Shown piece after piece: positions 25,474 to 29,109 of a stretch of DNA of 29,109 nt. Origin of the DNA: a virus (lineage: Duplodnaviria; Caudoviricetes); IMG/VR virus record IMGVR_UViG_3300027764_000027, positions 1 to 29,109 of that record; one strand, 5' to 3'. Position 1 is the stretch's first letter; each line of letters begins with the position of its first letter. The translations under genes and the position numbers were made by a program. The notes below the pieces were generated by a model. That model searched no databases, was not told where the DNA came from, and worked only from the letters and a program-made list of their open reading frames with translations.

Positions 25474-27477
25474 TCAAAGCGGGGAAGGCAGCCGCGGCTT
25501 GAGTTGGTAGTGCCGGACGTTGAGGCCGGCGGCCGGGGCGTATTTAGGGCCGACAATTTGCCAGATCGCAAACTGCATTTTCATGGCATCGCCCCAATCG
25601 TTGGGCCCGACTCGGGGATCGTGGCGCCATTTCATCGTCCGCACGCCGCCGCTGCGCTGGACCCGCTCAAGGCTTTCGCTGACCTGCTCGACGATAAAGT
25701 CGTCGCCGAGGTCGCTGGGAAAGTAGAGGCGGGGAGCGGGGTAGCTGGGATCGTGGGCGCGCTCGATTTTGTGCTTGTAGTAGAGGACCTTGAGCTGGAA
25801 ATCGTTGTAGTGGTAGCGGAGGATCGGGGTGCCTTCGTAGAAGTCCTGCTTGGCAAAGACCAGCTGGCCGCCGGCATCGATGCCGCCCACACCTTTCGAC
25901 GGATACCAGGCCCAGTCGGTGCGGATGCAAAACTCGTAGATCTGATAGGTGTCGTGCCCGGAATCGATGAGGCCGTGCTCGATGGTGAGCGGCTGATCGG
26001 GGGCGACAAGGCAGACCAGGGGATCGCCCGCGGAGCTGCGCGGGTCGAGGATCATCTCGTAAAGCTCGCCGCTGGATAGGCAGGCGCCGTAGTCGATGAG
26101 CGCGCAGGTGCCGTCGGCCTGCCAGCCGCAGATTGTCCATTTGAACTTGTCGCCTTGGACGTCGGCGGTGGCGGAAATAAACGCGGGAAGGAACGGCAGC
26201 TCGCCGCGCTTGTATTCGGCGACCTTTAGCTTGCCGGCCCCATCGAGATCGTCGGGCCAGTGCTTGCCGGTCTTTGGGTCGCGCGAGCCGGCGGCGATGG
26301 CTCGGACGTGCTCGGCTTTGAGGTTGATGGCCTTCTCTCGCCACGGCCGGGCAAAGTGATTGGTGACGAGATATTTCAGTTTGGCCGGGTTGTTTTCGGC
26401 CTCGATCTTCATGCGGGCGAGGATGCCCCAGCGGACCTTGGGGAAGGGTGAGTAGAGGTCGCTGATTTGCATGCTCAGGCGGCGCGGAATGAGCGGGGGG
26501 TCTTCGTCGCGGGCGCGGTCCTCGCGGCTTTTGGGTAGCCACTGGCCGGCCTTGTTCATGCTGTGCTTCCAGCGCTCCTCGATGTCGGCGGCGCAGTGCG
26601 CGCAGCGATAGGTGGTGAGGGCCTCCACGGCCTCGAGGTCGTAGCGGCCGGCAAGATCTTTGCAACCGGGGTGCGAGTAGTTGAGGCCCTCGGGCTCGAG
26701 GATTTGCTGGCCGTTGCAGTGCGGGCAGCGAACATGCCACCGGTGCTGAGATCCTCCGCGGCAGTTGGTGATGAAATCGGAGCTTTCAAGGTCAGGCTTG
26801 GAGAAGACGCCGAGGAAGGAATCGTCGGCGGTGGTGAAGCGCGAACGCATGTGATCGATAACGTGGATCCCATCGAGCATGCCGGGGACGCCGCCCTCGG
26901 CTACCATGTATTCGACGTCGTCGAGAAACCCGTAGCGCAGGGCTTTTTCGGAGAAGAGGCCGGTGGAGTAGGACCCGCCGAGCTCGATGATCATGTCGAG
27001 GGTTTCGATCCAGGTCGAAGTGACGTCAAGGTCCTCGGAGCTGACGCGGCCGCAGTGTTGGCGGAGAAAAGGGATGATGCGGTTGGCGGCGACTTTCTTG
27101 GCTTTGTCGCGCGACTCGAAGACGTAGAGCAGGCGGCCGGGAGCAAACTGCGGGAGGTAGATCGTGGCGTTGATGGCTGCCTGGCTGAGGCCGGACTGGG
27201 AGGATTTGCAAACGAACGCCTCGTCGACGCGCTGGCCTTTTTCCACAAGCGCCGTGAGCCACCAGTCCGACTCGGGGATGTCGCGGAAATCGCTGGTGAC
27301 GGCTTCTTGGAAGAGCTTGGCGTAGGGCGTGAGGTGCGGGTCGTAAAAGCCGGTGATGTTTCCTTGCTTGGCGGTGAAGGCGAGATTTTGCGCGGCCCAC
27401 TCCCAGACGTTGAGGGTGGCGCGGTCGCGGATCCCTTCGGACCAGGTCGAAATAATCCAGTCCTGGAGGGCGATCAT
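25474..27477 (-). CDS. terL: Terminase large subunit, lambda gpA family
   Basis: LTPY, KSSQSG Walker A variant, FLDD, CPHC and CAHC Zn motifs, ADVQ, IDSG, NDWGD nuclease motifs. Confidence 0.93.
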   Translation of the reverse strand: MIALQDWIISTWSEGIRDRATLNVWEWAAQNLAFTAKQGNITGFYDPHLTPYAKLFQEAVTSDFRDIPESDWWLTALVEKGQRVDEAFVCKSSQSGLSQAAINATIYLPQFAPGRLLYVFESRDKAKKVAANRIIPFLRQHCGRVSSEDLDVTSTWIETLDMIIELGGSYSTGLFSEKALRYGFLDDVEYMVAEGGVPGMLDGIHVIDHMRSRFTTADDSFLGVFSKPDLESSDFITNCRGGSQHRWHVRCPHCNGQQILEPEGLNYSHPGCKDLAGRYDLEAVEALTTYRCAHCAADIEERWKHSMNKAGQWLPKSREDRARDEDPPLIPRRLSMQISDLYSPFPKVRWGILARMKIEAENNPAKLKYLVTNHFARPWREKAINLKAEHVRAIAAGSRDPKTGKHWPDDLDGAGKLKVAEYKRGELPFLPAFISATADVQGDKFKWTICGWQADGTCALIDYGACLSSGELYEMILDPRSSAGDPLVCLVAPDQPLTIEHGLIDSGHDTYQIYEFCIRTDWAWYPSKGVGGIDAGGQLVFAKQDFYEGTPILRYHYNDFQLKVLYYKHKIERAHDPSYPAPRLYFPSDLGDDFIVEQVSESLERVQRSGGVRTMKWRHDPRVGPNDWGDAMKMQFAIWQIVGPKYAPAAGLNVRHYQLKPRLPSPL

Positions 27478-28406
27478 GGCAGGGGCTCGGCAGTGACGGT
27501 GGCAAAGTCGGAGAACTTGGCCTCCTTAAGCGCGGCAAAGCATTTGTAGGCTTCGCCTTCCCAGAGCTGGTCGGCCTGCGCATCGGTAAGGCCGGCAAGC
27601 GCGGGGCGGACGGTTTTCCAAAGGCGGCGGACGGCGGCAAAGATGGCTCCGCAGATGCGGGCGTTTTCGTTGCGGACATCGGCGACGGGGGCGAGCTGGC
27701 CGCGGTCGCGCTGCCAGGCGGTAAGATCGGACTCGGCTTTTCGCAGGGATTCTTGCAGGGTGAGGGACTGGCGGAGGAGGGATTCGACGGCGGGCTGGTC
27801 CACGTAGAGGGTGTCGCCGACGAGGCGGCCGGCGCGCTCGGCGTCGAGCTGGTGGTGAAGGCGGAATTGCTCGCGGCGCATGCGCTCGACCTGGGCGAGG
27901 AAGTCGTAGGAGGTGGGGTCCGGGGTGGGGATGGCGACGGGGAGCGGGGGCGCGGCGGCGAGCGGATGCGCGGCGGGGATCTGCGGGATCCCGGTGGCGT
28001 GCGCGGCGCCCTGGGCGGCGGCGAGGATGGCGGGCTTGATGCGGTGTTTCATGCACGCGCTCCACCACGCGGGCATTTGCTCGGGGTGATCGAGCGGGCA
28101 AGGGTGGTTTTTCTCACGACCGATGGCGAGGTAGCGGAAGAGCTGGCGGCGTTTGGTGGCGTAGGTGGCTTCCCAGCGGGCGATCTTGTCCTCGGTGGAA
28201 GGCGCGGAGGATAGCGGGGCGGCGGCGGGAGCGGGCTCGGGAGGGGCTTCGGAGCTGGGCGGCGCGGGCTCGGGGATTTGCTGGGCGTGGGCCTCGAACA
28301 TCTTGCGCTCGGCGGTAGTCATGGTGCCGCCTGCTTTGAGCTTGGCGCAGATGTTTTCAAAGTCGGAGGCCAGAAGCTGGCGCGCGATGTCGGGGAGAAT
28401 CTTCAT
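27474..28406 (-). CDS. Probable terminase small subunit
   Basis: Directly upstream of and coupled to terL; HTH-like segment and coiled coil ending GQLAPVADV. Confidence 0.65.
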   Translation of the reverse strand: MKILPDIARQLLASDFENICAKLKAGGTMTTAERKMFEAHAQQIPEPAPPSSEAPPEPAPAAAPLSSAPSTEDKIARWEATYATKRRQLFRYLAIGREKNHPCPLDHPEQMPAWWSACMKHRIKPAILAAAQGAAHATGIPQIPAAHPLAAAPPLPVAIPTPDPTSYDFLAQVERMRREQFRLHHQLDAERAGRLVGDTLYVDQPAVESLLRQSLTLQESLRKAESDLTAWQRDRGQLAPVADVRNENARICGAIFAAVRRLWKTVRPALAGLTDAQADQLWEGEAYKCFAALKEAKFSDFATVTAEPLP

Positions 28407-29032
28407 GGCATGAGCGGGGCGAGCCAGGCGCGGTGGAAGGCGTAGAGCTCGGGGTCATGGACGACGGTGATCTGCTCGATGTTCTGGCTGCTGCGGAGGT
28501 TGGCGCTGGTTTCAATGACGAGCGCGGGGGAAAGGAGGGTGATTTTGGCGTGGGTGCGGGCGGTGCCGATGCGCCAAGGCCGGGTGGAGGCGGCTTCGGT
28601 CATGCGGGCGAGGATGGCGGGGCTGGTTTTGGCGAAGTATTCGGAGATGAGGAAATCGATGCGGTGGGCGTGGCCGGCGTCGAGGGCGGAGGCGAGGGCG
28701 GCGACGTTGTTTTCCGAAAGGCTGAGGGTGGCGATGGACAGAAGCGCGGGCTGGGCGAGGGCGCAAAGCTGGGTGATGAGATCGGCGAAGACGAAGTCGC
28801 CCGGAGTGATCGCGTGGAGACGGTCGCCAGGCGCGAGGTCGAAGATGGCGGTGGCAAGGGTTGCGGCATGCTCGGGGCGGACCATGCTTTTGCGGGCGGC
28901 GCGCTGGCGGGCGTTGTGCAGGTCGTGGACGCGGCGAATGATGCGCGACGGGGCGATCTGGAAGCAGAAGGTGGGGGGTTTCGGTTCCCTGAGACTAGCG
29001 GCGGCGGCGGCGATGCGCTGATCTGTGTTCAT
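28403..29032 (-). CDS. Phospholipase D-like nuclease-fold protein
   Basis: IATLS, HAK...TSANL...NIEQ pattern of single-domain PLD proteins. Confidence 0.7.
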   Translation of the reverse strand: MNTDQRIAAAAASLREPKPPTFCFQIAPSRIIRRVHDLHNARQRAARKSMVRPEHAATLATAIFDLAPGDRLHAITPGDFVFADLITQLCALAQPALLSIATLSLSENNVAALASALDAGHAHRIDFLISEYFAKTSPAILARMTEAASTRPWRIGTARTHAKITLLSPALVIETSANLRSSQNIEQITVVHDPELYAFHRAWLAPLMP

Positions 29033-29047
29033 TCATCCTCTGTGGGG

Positions 29048-29054
29048 TGTCAAA
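29048..29054 (-). promoter_or_regulatory. TTTGACA motif (one of nine copies: 8624, 11786, 17041, 18028, 18140, 22668, 25338, 25472, 29048)
   Basis: All copies are on the coding strand at gene boundaries; most lie 12-17 nt before a start codon. Confidence 0.7.
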
Positions 29055-29097
29055 GTGTCCGAAACCTTTTAAGACAGTGTCTTGCAAATACCGTTGG

Positions 29098-29109
29098 AGG
29101 ACAAATTAG
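29098..29109. repeat. Right copy of the 12-bp terminal direct repeat
   Basis: Identical to 1-12. Confidence 0.9.

Larger units (their letters stand above)
1..29109 (-). mobile_element. Apparently complete tailed phage genome (lambda-like head genes, non-contractile tail)
   Basis: Packaging, head, tail, lysis and replication modules are all co-oriented on the minus strand; identical 12-mer at both ends; no host housekeeping genes. Confidence 0.9.

Noticed and set aside
26900-26935. Inactive terminase because Walker B reads FLDD instead of DE
   Set aside because: The rest of the protein is intact with all other motifs; a single conservative change is not enough evidence
67-29021. Numerous long plus-strand ORFs (e.g. 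1624-2940, 5927-7261, 21795-22943)
   Set aside because: Shadow ORFs antisense to well-supported genes in high-GC DNA, with no recognisable motifs
8624-29054. TTTGACA sites as ordinary sigma70 promoters
   Set aside because: No TATAAT-like box 16-18 nt downstream; start codons occupy that position
1-29109. Integrase, tRNA, reverse transcriptase/DGR or alternative genetic code
   Set aside because: No supporting motifs seen; genes are full length under the standard code with all three stop codons used

Overview
This window looks like a complete ~29.1 kb high-GC siphovirus-like phage genome with every credible gene on the minus strand. A 12-bp direct repeat (AGGACAAATTAG) sits at both ends. In transcription order (right to left) it encodes: a PLD-like nuclease, small and lambda-gpA-type large terminase, head completion protein, lambda-type portal, S49 protease, scaffold and major capsid; a glycosylation module (GT2-TPR-GT-methyltransferase fusion plus a second GT2); head-tail and tail genes with a -1 frameshifted chaperone, tape measure and tail-tip proteins; a lysis cassette with an amidase; and an early operon (RHH regulator, small genes, HTH protein, primase, helicase) ending in a candidate origin. 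No integrase, CI repressor, tRNA or cas1/cas2 was seen. The standout is at 4004-5629: a stand-alone RAMP/Cas7-like gene followed directly by a non-coding array of 37-39 nt hairpin repeats separating five tracts built from in-register pentamers (mostly GGC plus a variable dinucleotide). It is a candidate RNA-guided system with a non-contiguous guide code rather than a canonical CRISPR. Also notable are a strand-specific TTTGACA motif just upstream of late-gene starts and probable virion glycosylation. Product calls come from motif recognition and synteny only; no database searches were run.
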